Program-made: the position numbers and the translations under genes
Assembly: GCA_964016885.1 (NCBI GenBank)
Contig: OZ024760.1
Span: forward strand, 17,236,001-17,300,000
Length of the DNA stretch: 64,000 nt
DNA from: Eledone cirrhosa
Lineage: Eukaryota
Direction: 5' to 3'
Part shown: positions 23,956 to 36,747 of the stretch, one piece after another
Position numbering within the stretch: the stretch's first letter is position 1
How the letters are laid out: every line of letters starts with the position of its first letter
The notes under the pieces: model-generated
Seen by the model: only the letters and a program-made list of their open reading frames with translations
Databases searched by the model: none
What the model was told of the DNA's origin: nothing

Positions 23956-26781
23956 CCGGTTGGATCCCTAAGCGAGACCAAGCCAAGCTTATGAATGCTA
24001 TCCAACCATGGGTCTCCCACCTGTTGGTTTTGCCCGTAAAATCTATCTATCGATTCTTTCCTGTGACATTCTATCCACATGTCCATAGTATCAGGGCAGT
24101 GATCTCTCAATTCGGAGAAGTAGCAGCTCTATCTGGAGTGACTCTCTGATCGCCGAGCTACAAATATGCCCAGTGATTCTTTCCTGAGGCATTCTAACCA
24201 CATGCCTATAGTATCGGGGCAGTGATGTCTCAATTCGGAGAAGTAATAACACCGAACATCCGAAATCTTCAGGCAGGAAGGACTACAAAAACTCTGAAGG
24301 TCGCTGTTACATAGTGTCTAAATACAAACTTCTTTGCACCTCGCATAGAATCTATACTACAATATTCACATTAATGAAAATAGAGATAGAAGCTTTCGTG
24401 GTCTGATAATGGGGTTTAGAACATTTCTTAGAGCGTTCTAAACCCCACTATCAGACTGAAATTTCTTTAGTAAAAAATACGGTGAAAGCTTCTATTTTTA
24501 TTTTCAAAACTCGCTCGCTGTTTTAAAACAAACTTGCTTATTCACATTAAAGTTGTTCTTGCAGGCTTGTTCCAGAGATTTTTTATTTCAAATTTAGTTG
24601 AGCTCAACTTTGCTCTTCACCCCTTTCTTTACCACTAAAATTAAGTTACCAGCTCGACCTCAGCCTGTCGGTTGAAACATGAAATAGAGAAATAGAGTAA
24701 CGCACTGGGGTTGATAAAATAAAGTACCAGTAACGTACTGGAGTCGATTTAATCGACTTTCCCCTCCCCATCAAATTACTGGCCTTGTGCCTAAATCGGT
24801 TAGACGTCATGCTTTGCAGCGTTGAGTTACGTCTCTTTGCGTTCTGAGTTCAAATCCTGCCGAGGTTAGCTTTGCCTTTCATCCTGACAGGGTCGATAAA
24901 ATAACGTACCAGTAATGCACTAGGATAATTGCTGGCCTTGTGCCAAAAGTAGAAACATTTGTTATTGCTATTCTGGTTGTTATAGTATCACATTTGTTTG
25001 TTAATGTTATCATATCTGTTATTGTTGTTATTGCTGTTGCTGTTTATTCAGTGCACACCCCACCCCACCCTCCTCACCTATTGTATTATTTCGAGTGGAG
25101 GAAAATAATGTTTTGAAAATAATTTTTAATCATCTTATCTTTCCACCACCCAAAACAACACCACTTCTGCCGCCATCCCTGCTATCTCTACTGCCGTCAT
25201 TACCACCAAAAAACAACACCACCTCTGACGTCACTATCACCTCCACCACGGCCACCATCCTTACTATCACTACTACCCTCTACTTTGCCTTTCGTCCCTT
25301 CGGGGTCGATAAACAAATGTACCAGTTTAGTACTGGGATCGATTCTTCCTCTACATCTCTTTCTCACCCCCCCCCCCCCCCTCTCTCTCTCTCTCTAACC
25401 TACTCTGGTAGAAATCTGCTGTGTTTAGACCTTTGCCTTTCATCCTTTCGGGATCAATAAAAAAAATGTACCAGTAATGGGGTCGATTCTTCTTCTATAT
25501 CTCTTTCTTACTTCTATTCCCTCACTTTCTATCCTTCTCAGACCTGGAAAGAATTGGACTCCATCAGGATTTAAAATGTCCCAGTAACGTCGTATGTCAC
25601 TACGATGCCCCTACGACTCTCTCGGGAGTTAAGGGACCATGTATGCATGTTAAAAATATTGATTATGTCTTTGATTCTATTCCACAATTAAGTTTGTTAA
25701 AGGCGTAACACAGGAACATTCCGTGACACACCAGAGCAGATTGGTAGTTTCTAGAAGTTTAGCACTGTTGTCAATGTCATCGTTGTTGTAGTTGAAGTCT
25801 GTGGAGACGACGGGGGGAAGGTGTAATTTTGGGGAGATTTCGCTACTTTTTCTAATAACAGGTCAAAGGACCGCGAAGAGACTCCTTCGCTGGATATTAC
25901 ACCAGGGTTTCAAATACAGAAAGAAACATTGGAGAATTTAGTCATAAAAATGGTCGTCAATTAAGGAGCGGAGCAGAGAATGGGAACGTAGAAACACAAG
26001 GATTTGGTGTTCAGTTAAGCGGAAGTGATTAGAGTTATCGCACTTGGAATCTGTGTCTGTGAAGAGAAGGGAAATTATGGAGGGGTTGTTTGAATGGAAG
26101 GAGGGGTGATAAACGAAGGGTAAAGAGAAAACCTTTAAACAGGTGTTAGCTTGGTTTCGAAAATTGCTATCCCTTCACCTTTTTCTCATACATTTTAGAT
26201 TATTTCTGCATATGCTGCGGAGAAAGAAAAGGCCATGCTTATGCAACACACGTAAAAGTCGTTTAAATCAAGTTATGCCTGTGCTTGAATGTTTTATAAG
26301 TGAAGAAAGGCCTTGCACTGGACAAATCCCACTCTATAAACAACGGTGGCAGGTATTGAAACATAAATACAGGTCAACATCATTGGCTGTCACCAGTTGC
26401 AGGTTTTACATCACAGTTTTCCTTCTAGAATGATATCCTAACAAGAACTAGGGATCTCTCATTCCTTGTAAGCTAACTGCATACTTAGCATCAGATATAC
26501 ATGTCATATTGCTCTCGAGCGCTACTGGTAAACATGTAACCCAGTACAACCTGTTGCATGGGCGGGTCGCCGTCGACTAAACCGGCATCCCCATCAAGGG
26601 GTGATATTGTTGGGGAGGCATCTAGCAGGAGGAAAAACAAAACCCGTCAGAGATGGAAAGAACTCGTGTCAATGGCCACCCAAAAGTTTACTAGGAGAGG
26701 GGAAACTGATATAAAACGTACGTACATAATACATATGATGATGGCTACCCCCTCTTTATAGAGTATGGCCATTGCACGAGA

Positions 26782-26812
<31 letters not shown>

Positions 26813-26919
26813 TATTAATAACAATAATAATAATAATAATAACAACAATAATAATATACATATATATATATATACACACACACGCACACACATAAACATA
26901 TCTATAGTGTGTATAGCAA

Positions 26920-27912
26920 TTAACAGCGCTGCGATCGAATGAGGCTTTTTAGCCCAGCCAATGATCTAAAATGTCTTGCAGAGTCGGCAACCAAAACATT
27001 CACTGGGAATAGCCGGCTGTGGTTGGAGTTCGTGTACTTTTGCATGTCGTTTGAACCCTCCTGCTGATTTACATTCTCTACCACATGCTTGGCAAGCATG
27101 ATGAGTAGCATCTCCAACAGCAGCCTGGTAGTCAACCACTGGTCTTACTTTATGACTGCGAAGATGACTTTCGAGTCCAGCTTTGCTTAGGCAGAGTCTC
27201 GCACAGACGCTGCATATCAGCACCATATGAGGACCCTCGCCGTCTGGAAGTGCAACAGCAATGCCCTTCCTCACATCCCGCTTTACTTTCTCGTATGCGA
27301 TTCGAGATACCTCAAAGGCAACTTTTCCCTCATATACAGTCTTTCTCCATTTATTACGATCAGCAGCAATATTTTTCCATGTATCAGCAGAGATGTTAGT
27401 GTCTTTCAAAGAGGCTTTCAAGGAATCCTTATACCTCTTTTTTGGTTTATGTGGCGGTCGTTTTCCTTTAACTAACTCTCCATAAGAGTTGTTTTGGTAT
27501 TCTAGAATCCTTCATCCTGGCAAGGTGACCACTCCAATGGAATCGTTGCTTAAGCACAAGAGCTTCTATACTGTCACACATAGAGCTTTACAAAATCTCG
27601 ACATCACTGATGTGGTCCTTCCAGTGAACGCCATGGATCCGTCTGAGACACATCTGATGGAAACGCTCCAATTGCTTAAGGTGGTGTCGACCCAGGTCTC
27701 GCAGGCATAAAGAAGACAAGAGAGCACACATGCCTTGTACACCCTTACCTTTGTCTTCTTGCATATGTCTCGCCGACCCCAGAGTCGCCTTTCTAGCTTT
27801 CAGAAAGCATCACTTGCTTTCCTAATCCTATGTGAGATTTCACTATCAAGGTTGTTGTATCGATTGACAGTGCTTCCCAGGTAGACAAACTGATCAACCA
27901 CTCCAAGTCGTT
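26920..27912 (-). mobile_element. RTE-clade (BovB-like) LINE 3' fragment, degraded, with C-terminal C2H2 zinc fingers
   Basis: Frameshifted VDQFVYLGS...EISHRIRKAS..F..L..RLW...TKVRVYKACVLSCLLYACETW; GKRPPHKPKKRYKDSLKASLK..W..IAADRNKWR; CSVCARLCLSKAGLESHLRSH and CQACGRECKSAGGFKRHAKVH. Confidence 0.85.
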
Positions 27913-27934
27913 TACATAATACATACATACATAT

Positions 27935-28549
27935 ATGGTGGCTGCCAACTCGTTTTCGAGTACAGCCACTACTTTACATCCATGTAGGAGAAGCCCCACC
28001 GATGCGTTGAACGAGCGTGTCTTTTTAGTCCAGCCAGCGACTTGAAAACTCTGGTACAAACACTACACTTGTGACAATTATTGACACATAGTGCTGGGTC
28101 CATGGTGCCATATGACGACAAGTGCAGAGAGATCTCCAGATATAAAGCAATGCCTGTGCCGTGAAGCTTTTATAGTGAGAAAAGGCACTGCACAAAGCCA
28201 GTCCCACTCTCTTAACCAAGATGATATTTACCAAAAAGAAGAACAAGTCAAGATCATTGGATACCATCAGGGTTGCAGGTGTTATATCAGAGTTTTCCGT
28301 CTCCTAGAATTCTGCCTTGACAAAGGCTAAGGGGTCATCTCTCCCGGTGATTTTGGATGGCCATTGACTCTTAAGCGCTCCTTTGCCCTTTGACAGGTGT
28401 TGTTTTTAGTCCTGCAGGATGTCCAAAGTCACCCTCCTCACCAAGAAACCTTGGTGGGGTTGCCAGTTTAGTCGCCAACGACCCGACTATGGGACAGGTT
28501 GTACTGGGATACATGTTACCAGTAGCACCAACTGGTGACCTGACCTGAC
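27935..28549 (-). mobile_element. Second copy of the non-autonomous RTE-related element, in a (CATA)n tract
   Basis: Highly similar over its full length to 22484-23094; diverged relatives at ~26380-26460 (-) and ~26518-26720 (+). Confidence 0.75.
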
Positions 28550-28696
28550 ATACATATATACATACATATATACATACATACACACACACATACATATACA
28601 CATACATACACACACGTATATGCATACATATACACACACATATATACATACAAACACATACATACACACATAACTACATACATATATACAAGCATA

Positions 28697-28755
<59 letters not shown>

Positions 28756-30182
28756 CGATAGATCGATAGTTAGACAGACAGACATGCAGATAAGCATGAT
28801 AAATATAACTTGATGAGAATACAATCGGAAGATTGTATGAGTCAAGCCTTGCTTTATTGATTTAAGAATGATAAATCAGCAGATTTTTCTCCAATAAAAA
28901 CATCATAAAGATTTCTCGTTGTTACAAATCAACTCAATTTTTTTTTATTTCCTTTTCGTGGTGGCCACGTAACAAATACAGACGTGGCTTCTACGACTTC
29001 TAAACGGCAAATGCAAAGTTGTTTAATTAATTCAAATCATTGAGAGAGTTTCTATGTCAGTTGGTTTTCAACCCGAGTTGCAACACACGGGCAAAAACCC
29101 GAGGTTGTCGTGGAAGCGGCGGAGAGACAGGAGGACCAGTTAATGTGGACCTACGTTATTTATTTTGCCTTTCATCCTTACGGGGTCGATAAAATAAAGT
29201 ACCAGTAATGCACTGGTTAATTGCTGGCCTTGTGCCTAAAGTAGAAACAGTTATTTTATTTTTTTTTTTTAATGGCACTTATTTACCTTAAGTTCTTGGT
29301 GTCATTTATTCTATTCTGTTATCTGTAAGTATATCATGTACACAACATACAATGTATATATACCTGTAACCAGGGCCTATGCGAGGGTGTCCAGCCGGTA
29401 CTTTGTTCCGGAGCCCAAGAGATAAGAAGGTCCCACAGAAACCATGCAACATCCATTTTGAGAGAAAAATATTTGCCTGCTTCGTCGCCCCCCCCCCCCC
29501 CCTCCAAATGGGAAGATTTTACATAATGAAAGCTATAGCCATTTTAAAAAGAGAAGACATCTTTCACCCACCACAAAGTGGGTGAGAGATCTCCCCGGCG
29601 GACGGGAAGAGTTGACAGGTCTGTTATATATAAATATCATCATGGTCCACAAAAAGAGTTGCGTGGCTCACTTCTGAATCATATGGCCCATCTTGTGTGC
29701 ATTACTATTGAAAAGCATAGGTTACCAAAATATTTTTTACTTGAGGTGCACTTTGGTACAAATAAAAATGTTTCGGCGCACTTTGAACATAAAGTTAAGA
29801 AAAAAAAAAAAGAACGAACTCTAAATTAAATGAACTATTGATATATTTATAGTCTATAAATATAGATATTTTAAACTATAGAACATTTATTAAGAATGTT
29901 CGAATGTTTAAAAAAAAATTTGAAGCATAATTATCAATATTTTATATTTAGACAAGTAAGTTTGTTTTGACACAGCGAGCGAGTTTTAAAATAGAAATCG
30001 AAGCTTTCGCCGTATTTTTGACTAAATAAATTTTAGCCTGATAGTGGGGTTTAGAACCCTCTAAGAAAGGGGAAAAGATGAGTATTGACGTCAATTCTCA
30101 TACTATCAGGCTAAAATTTCTTTAGTAAAAAAGATACGGCGAAAGCTATTTTTATTTAGAATTTTAGTTAGTTATTTTTATG

Positions 30183-30312
30183 TCTTCCCAATTTCCCTGT
30201 AACGACTGGCTCAACACAGTACCATCATTCTCGACTGGCACTCAGCTGGACAGTGACTGCTTTCGGTCCCTGAAGCTCGGCCTCCGGATCTGTGAGCCTC
30301 ACAAATGCCGCT
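30183..30312 (+). mobile_element. CRE-clade element fragment (pre-zinc-knuckle region)
   Basis: DWLNTVPSFSTGTQLDSDCFRSLKLGLRICEPHKC resembles CRE AWL.A.P...LG..LD...FR....RLG..IC.PH.C. Confidence 0.6.
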
Positions 30313-30786
30313 GGTTCCACAGTGGATTCATTCTACAAGTAAATTGTTCAAAATTTGTTCTGCCCATCCCAATTCAGAAATGCTTCCACCGTCCCTGTAT
30401 AAGGATGTTTTGTTAAGAAAGTGAAAGCATTTAAACAGAAATAAATATATATATTATCTAGAATTCGTATAATTGTTTTTATCAGAAATTGCAAAAAACC
30501 CAAACTGTTTGTTTTATATTTATCATTTAATTCTTGTGAACATTTTCGTTGCGTCGTTTCCAACTAGAGGAGATTTCATTTATGTCAACACTAATTCTCC
30601 ACTAGAATGGAAGTGTTGGATAAATACAAATAAATAAATAAGTATATAAGTGTTAATGTTCTCGTCCTTTCACTCACTGCCTCCGTCTCTCCCGCTCTCC
30701 TCATCTCTCACTATTCATAAGGATGAAAGGCAAAGCTAAACTCGGCGGGATTTGAACTCAGATCGTAAAAGGTCGTAACTTTATGC

Positions 30787-31312
30787 CAGCGGCGTGCAAT
30801 AGGCGGCCCGCGGGTCACAATCCAGCCCACGATGACCGTTTTTAATTTTTACTTTGTAAGTTTATTTAGAATTTGTTCGTAACTGTAATACAATTTTCTG
30901 TTAGTTGATCTATACTGAAGGGCTTCACTGATGTGTTTTATAATTTCCTAGTTCCTTGTTATGGAAAGACGTTGTGGATTACATATTTTTGACAGTGACT
31001 GGCCCTAATAGTTGTTCCTGTGGTTAGCTAAATTCCACTGCAGGTACTCCTCTTCCACGTGCGTCCGACTGCTTAACACCGGGAGCTGCCCAAAACTCGC
31101 GTCCACACCGTGAGCTGGTCACCACTAGAGAGAGGCCCTCTCCTGGCCCTTCCGGTCGAGCATCCTTCCGGCCAAAGACCCCTTCCGGTCGAGCACTCAA
31201 AAACCCCTTCCGGTCGAGCACTCCCCCCGCCTCCGGCCACCGCACGCCACACCATACCCACAGTTCCAATGTTCAAAAGTGGCCCGCCAACGGAATATGT
31301 TGCACACCCCTC
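30787..31312. mobile_element. hAT (Charlie-like) MITE with GC-rich internal insert
   Basis: CAGCGGCGTGCAA..GCGGCCCGCGGG start, GGCCCGCC..GTTGCACACCCCT end, degenerate TSD CTTTATGC/CTCTATAC; internal CCTTCCGGTCGAGCA x3. Confidence 0.6.
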
Positions 31313-31749
31313 CTCTATACCATAAAGCTTGTTGTCCAACGCTCCACCGATACTTCCAATCCACAACCCTATTATTAATATTATTTGATCTAAATTATGC
31401 CTACATATCTTGATCTGCAACACACGTGATGTTGAAACATTTTAGTATGACCACAAAGGAAGTCGATTGAAGTAACTGATAAGGCGTCACTTAACACAAA
31501 GAAAGCCGCTATAGATTTCTTATCTATTGAAAAGCAGTCCCTAACTAGCCGCACCCTCGCTCTTTTCTGATGCATGAGTAAGAAATCTTTCATCATCTAA
31601 TAAATGCGATGGTAATAAAACTAGCAATATTTTATCATTTATATTTTTAAGACGAACTCGATTGTTTAGCATCTGTAATCAGAGACAGCGTCTGGGTAGT
31701 TAGAACTTTTGGCTAGCAACACAATGTTTGTCTGGGGGTTTAACACACG

Positions 31750-32135
31750 ACGCACTAGGTTAGCCCTACAATGTGTGCCTGGCTATTTACCTCCCTAGAC
31801 TGGGTCTACACAGTGTGCCTGAGTATTTAGCACTCTAGATTAGCTGTCCTAGGCTAGCCCTACAATGTATGAGTGGGTATTATTGGCCTGGGATATCCCT
31901 ACAATGTCTGCTCGAGTATTTAGTGCCCTGGGCTAGCCCTACAATGTGTGCCTGGGTATTTAACGCACTAAGTTAGCCCTGCAACATGTGCCTGGGTATT
32001 AAAGCACTAGGCTAGCTCTACAATATGTATATGGACATTTAACGCACTAGGTTAACTCTACAATGTGTGTCTGGGTATACAGCACTCTAGATTACCCTAC
32101 AATGTGTGCCTGGGTATTTAGTGTCCTAGGATAGC
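31750..32135. repeat. Degenerate ~41-bp tandem repeat
   Basis: GCACTAGG.TAGCCCTACAATGTGTGCCTGGGTATTTA. Confidence 0.8.
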
Positions 32136-32544
32136 TCCCATACTTCCTGAGATTCGCCAACACTACACCTAATATTCCCCCTCCATACACACGCACACAA
32201 TGTATATCATGACTCATACACTATTCACTTCCCTGGCATTTGTATATTATTCTAGGTACTATACTTGCACCTTTGATGAGTTGTAGTGCACCTGAGCATT
32301 GTACACAATAATTTCATTATTATTATTAATAATAGTAGGGCGGTGGATTGGCAGTATCGGTAGAGGGTCGGACGCCATGCTTTGCAGCAAAGAGTTACGG
32401 CCCTTTATGGTCTGAGTTCAAATCCCGCCGAGGTTAACTTTGCCTTTCATCCTTACAGGGTCGATGAAATAAAGTACCAGTAATGCACTGGGATAATTGC
32501 TGGCCTTGTGCCAAAAGTAGAAATAATAATTATTATTAATAGTA

Positions 32545-32900
32545 GTGTGTTGGTGATGGTGGTGTGTTGGTATTGTTGATGTGTTGGTATTGTTGATGTG
32601 TTGGTATTGGTGGTGTGTTGGTATTGGCGGTTTGTTGGTATTGGTGGTGTGTTGGTATTGGTGATGTGTTGGTGATGGTGGTGTGTTGGTATTGTTGATG
32701 TGTTGGTATTGGTGGTGTGTTGGTATTGGTGATGTGTTAGTATTGGTGGTGTGTTGGTATTGGTGATGTGTTGGTATTGGTGATGTGTTGGTATTGGTGG
32801 TGTGTTGGTATTGGTGATGTGTTGGTATTGGTGATGTGTTAGTATTGGTGATGTGTTGGTATTGGTGATGTGTTAGTATTGGTGGTGGTGGTGTTGGTAA
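32545..32900. repeat. 18-bp minisatellite
   Basis: GTGTTGGTATTGGTG(A/G)T. Confidence 0.85.
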
Positions 32901-33036
32901 TGATGGTGGTGGTGGAGACAGTCGGATCACGCCACGTTTCTATTGTTATGTGTCTCAGAACGACAGGTGTTACTTCTGAAATACAAACTTAGGATTTTCA
33001 TCACGTGAATATATCTAACTATGTATGTATGTATGT

Positions 33037-33113
<77 letters not shown>

Positions 33114-33464
33114 CGAAGAAGAAGAAGACAGGGATAAGGAGGAAGAATCAACTCCAGTACTAAACTGGTACTTTTTTAATCGACCTCGAAAGGATAAATG
33201 GCATAGCTAACTTCGGTGGGATTTGAACCCGGAGATCAAAAAGCCAGAACGAATACCACAAAGTATTCTATCCGACGTTCTAACGACTCCGCCATTTCGC
33301 CGCCTATACGTTGCCCTGTAGCGTGGATTAAATTCATATTCCAGGAAGACCAAGGATATTTGACAGAACCTCTCCACTTTAACCCACCCCCTAAACTCAC
33401 AAACTCACTAATACAAATTTCTCTTCTCTACGACCTTTCATCCGTCCGCCTTGTGTCATTTACC

Positions 33465-33667
33465 TCAGGTCCTCAGAGTACCGGCTGGACCCATCCTGTG
33501 AGAGGGGGGGGGGGGGGGGGTCCAGCCGGTACTTTGTTCCGAGGCCCAAGAGCTAAGAAGTCCCCACAACAACCATGCAACATTCATTTTGAGAAAAAAA
33601 ATCTTTGCCTGCTTCGGGCCCCAAAGGGGTCTTGTACAGCCTTGCAAAATTTATCTTGGAGGCCCTA
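33465..33667. mobile_element. hAT-like MITE (CAGG.CC...GGCCCT); partial copy at 29371-29490, with adjacent shared segment 29505-29625 ~ 33945-34060
   Basis: Direct similarity between the two loci (TCCAGCCGGTACTTTGTTCCG..GCCCAAGAG). Confidence 0.5.
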
Positions 33668-34164
33668 TCGTCAGGTCGATCCAAGCCTTGTAAGTGAAAT
33701 TGGGTAGACGGAGGCTATATGGAAGTCCGTCAGATGGACTGCATTTGTAATGGACAGAACTAGTCTTTTGTTACACGCTGAATCTCCCTGCAAATTACGT
33801 TTAGGATACACGTGTCTGTGTATTTTTCAAACCGGTTACAAGTACGGGATCATTGTTAGTAACGCAGACCTACCAACTCCTAAAGGCCCAAACGGGGAGT
33901 ACCATGAAAAAAGGTGCCCCGAACGGGGAGAAATGAAGCAAAATGGGGAGATTTTACATAATGAAAGCTATACCCATTTTCATAAGAGAAGACATCCCTC
34001 ACCCACCCCAAAGTGGGTTGGGGATCTCCCCGTCGGACGGGAAGTGTTGACAGGTCTGCCAAAATACATGACCAGAGCGATAGAAAGAAAATAAAAAGAG
34101 AAACTAAAATGACCTTCAATTCACCACCAAGTGCGACAATCGGCCCCACATCACAAGGGTTAAC

Positions 34165-34475
34165 GAAATATTTTGAGGCAAGCCAGTACGCTCACAGCAT
34201 TACCACGGGTGATGGAAAGGCTAAGGCTCTGAAACAACCAGGCACCCGTTCGGGCATCACCTGATACATCGGTGAGGTCGGGAGATGGCGAGGCTAAGGC
34301 GCTGAAACAACCGGGTACCCTCACGGGCATCACTTGATACATCAGTAAGACCGGGAGATGGCGAGGCTAGGGTGCTGAAAAAAGCAGGCACCCTCACGGG
34401 CATCATCTGGCACTCCAGTAACACGAGCCGCCAACGACGACAAGAATTTCGCTGTCAGCGACCCAACTCCACCAA
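34165..34475 (-). mobile_element. CRE-clade element 3' end with internal ~70-bp triplication
   Basis: DVSGDARTGAWLFQSLSLSITRGNAVSVLACL (QRLS..IQRGNA motif); homologous to 23770-23955. Confidence 0.65.
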
Positions 34476-34959
34476 AACTGTGGCATTCTCGTCTTTTTTT
34501 CTTATCCTAGATATAATTTTACGAAGAACGACATTATCTAATGTGACCTTTCTTCTTAAGAACTATATTTCTAATAAAAGACATTTCATGGTTATTTCAG
34601 TGAATCTATTGTGTAAATACCACCAATATTATGATTTATTTATTACGAATTTATTATTTATATGGTAATAATAATCTAGAAATTAATTGTTTCAATTTGA
34701 AATTAAAATAGAGAGTATTAACTCGTCATAAAAATCAATAAAAAATATCCGATATGATTTGAAATACTATTTATAATTTGTTGTTTGTTAAACGTTAAGA
34801 TAATTTATTGGACAGTTATAATTAGTTAATTTATATATATATTGTTTAAAAATCAGCACGAATATTTTTAATTAATGCTAATATTTTTAATTAGACATTA
34901 AATTAACTTATAAAATATTTCTTTTATTCAACAATTTTAATGAAATTGATTCATTTACT

Positions 34960-35007
34960 GCGAGTCACCGGAAGTCAGTTATTTTTACTTCCGAGTCGAA
35001 AATCAAC
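34960..35007 (+). promoter_or_regulatory. CHERP core promoter/5' UTR: two ETS-type sites and an Inr-like motif
   Basis: CCGGAAGT at 34968-34975, TCAGTT at 34975-34980 and ACTTCCG at 34987-34993 immediately upstream of the ATG, after a long AT-rich tract. Typical TATA-less housekeeping layout. Confidence 0.6.
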
Positions 35008-35032
35008 ATGGATATTCCCAACCCGCCTGAAG
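35008..35032 (+). CDS. CHERP: CHERP coding exon 1 (MDIPNPPE + G, phase-1 donor)
   Basis: aacATG GAT ATT CCC AAC CCG CCT GAA G|gtgag. Splices in frame to 41876 to give MDIPNPPEDLEQKNIIDKLANFVARNGPEFE, matching the CHERP N-terminus as I recall it (MEMPLPPDDQELRNVIDKLAQFVARNGPEFE). Confidence 0.9.
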
Positions 35033-35401
35033 GTGAGAAAAAGCTTTTAAATTGATATTAACTTTTATTATTTCAGTTTAATCGAATAAGAGAAATATAA
35101 GGCATCTCCCAGGCTCTGTTTACTACAATCGAGAGAGGTAGACCGACTGTATGTATCCTGTTTGATGCAGTAATTATCACACATGTGTTGTATATCGTCC
35201 GGTGCCAAACATGTTTTTATGGTGAAATCTACAACTTAACTTGAAAGATTTTTAAACAATCTATTTCTAACTCTTAGATTTTCTTCCACTAATACTCAAC
35301 AAAAACAACATCTGTGACATTTTATATACACATATTACATCATGCGTTATATATATAGATAGATATATACTGAGAGAGAGAGAGAGGTATGTATAGAAAG
35401 T

Positions 35402-35479
35402 GCTTCTACAGGACTAGAACTGTTTCGTTCGTATGAACTCATCGAGTTCATACGAACGAAACAGTTCTAGTCCTGTAGA
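35402..35479. ncRNA. Fold-back pair of family-A hammerheads broken inside the catalytic core
   Basis: (GAU)GA GUUC auac GAAC GAAA CAG uucuaguc CUG UA on both strands, joined at 35443/35444; canonical G-C stem II closure, CU of CUGAUGA lost. Confidence 0.7.
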
Positions 35480-35753
35480 GTCCTTTTCTATATATAAACC
35501 TCTATCGTCCCTTTACACATGTATTCAGTACCTCATTTACTGTGGTTACCCCCGACCGACTCAACTCGTGATCACCATCTATCATATATATATGTATATG
35601 TATGTATGTATATTTAAATTGGGGTTTACCAATATAGATCCTGGTATATTATAATAATAAGGGTTTAGATCGATATCCAGTGATTTCGATCTTGTTTACA
35701 ATTTGCTCATCAAATTCATTTGGAGCATCCTCAAAAGACTGATCGTAATACAA

Positions 35754-35792
<39 letters not shown>

Positions 35793-36023
35793 ATATATAT
35801 ATATAAACGAGCCGTTGATGACAGAGTCGGGGTAGATCGATATAGATCGAACCTTGAGTTGATCAGTGGCGAAACGCGCGTCACCAACCAATGAACGTAA
35901 TCCCTGTTTTATTTTATCATATATATATATATATATACGTGTGATTGTGATATTGATCGCGTGAGAGTGAGTACTCAATACCGAAGTAGGGGTTAATAAT
36001 ATTCTTTATTATGGCTAACTGAT

Positions 36024-36071
36024 GAGTCTTGGTATTCTGGAGTTTCACCTGTGTACTCATAGGATCATCAC
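36024..36071 (-). ncRNA. Degenerate hammerhead motif (GUGAUGA core); related 3' half at 8600-8635
   Basis: gUGAUGA uCCU..AGGu GAAA CUCCAGAaUA; the 8.6-kb copy reads GAAA CUC ca GAG UA. Confidence 0.4.
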
Positions 36072-36548
36072 TTAACCATACTATCTATCTATCTATATAT
36101 AATTGAAGGTGAGAGTGGAGAGAGAGGTGCTACACCCCAGTAAATTCGCTGAAAGGTGGGTGAATGTGGCAAAAATGGGCCTTCTCTGTATATAAACCTG
36201 TAGGTTGAGGAAGATAAACAGAGGGAAGACAGGAACACCTACAACGTGTTCCTGGTGTTGAGGGTTGTTCTATCCACGGGGTGTAAAACAACCCTGCAGT
36301 AACGTTCCCCCCTATTGGGGATTTCAATTGTTATTTTATTATATATAGTTTATTGTTATTTATTAATGTTAAAGTTATTTTTATGTAAAACCCCCGCCGT
36401 CACGTCTTGTAATGTCCCATTTTTGTACGCCCCTGTGGCAAATAAAGAAAGATATCTATATATATATCTATCTATATCTATATATACCTGTATATCTAAC
36501 AATATTCGAGGTTATAGTTATCAAGAATAGTAGAGGATTCAAAACATG

Positions 36549-36594
<46 letters not shown>

Positions 36595-36692
36595 CGAAGG
36601 AAATGTGGTAAGGAACCAGGTGGACCATAACGCACCAAAGTACTCAATACTTAGGGTAGTAGAGTGGGTAATAGGAACAGGTCTTACCTGTT

Positions 36693-36747
<55 letters not shown>

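Noticed and set aside
31040-31070. HDV-like L3 motif UCCACGU
   Set aside because: No flanking P3 pairing or P1/P2 partners.
31073-31596. Protein-looking ORFs 31073-31423 and 31390-31596
   Set aside because: The first crosses a hAT MITE boundary; neither matches a family I recognise or has clear splice sites.
35810-35890. Complete hammerhead around GAAACGCGCGUC
   Set aside because: Palindromic stem III and GUC are present, but no intact CUGANGA or stem I/II can be assigned; counted only as a possible 3' half.
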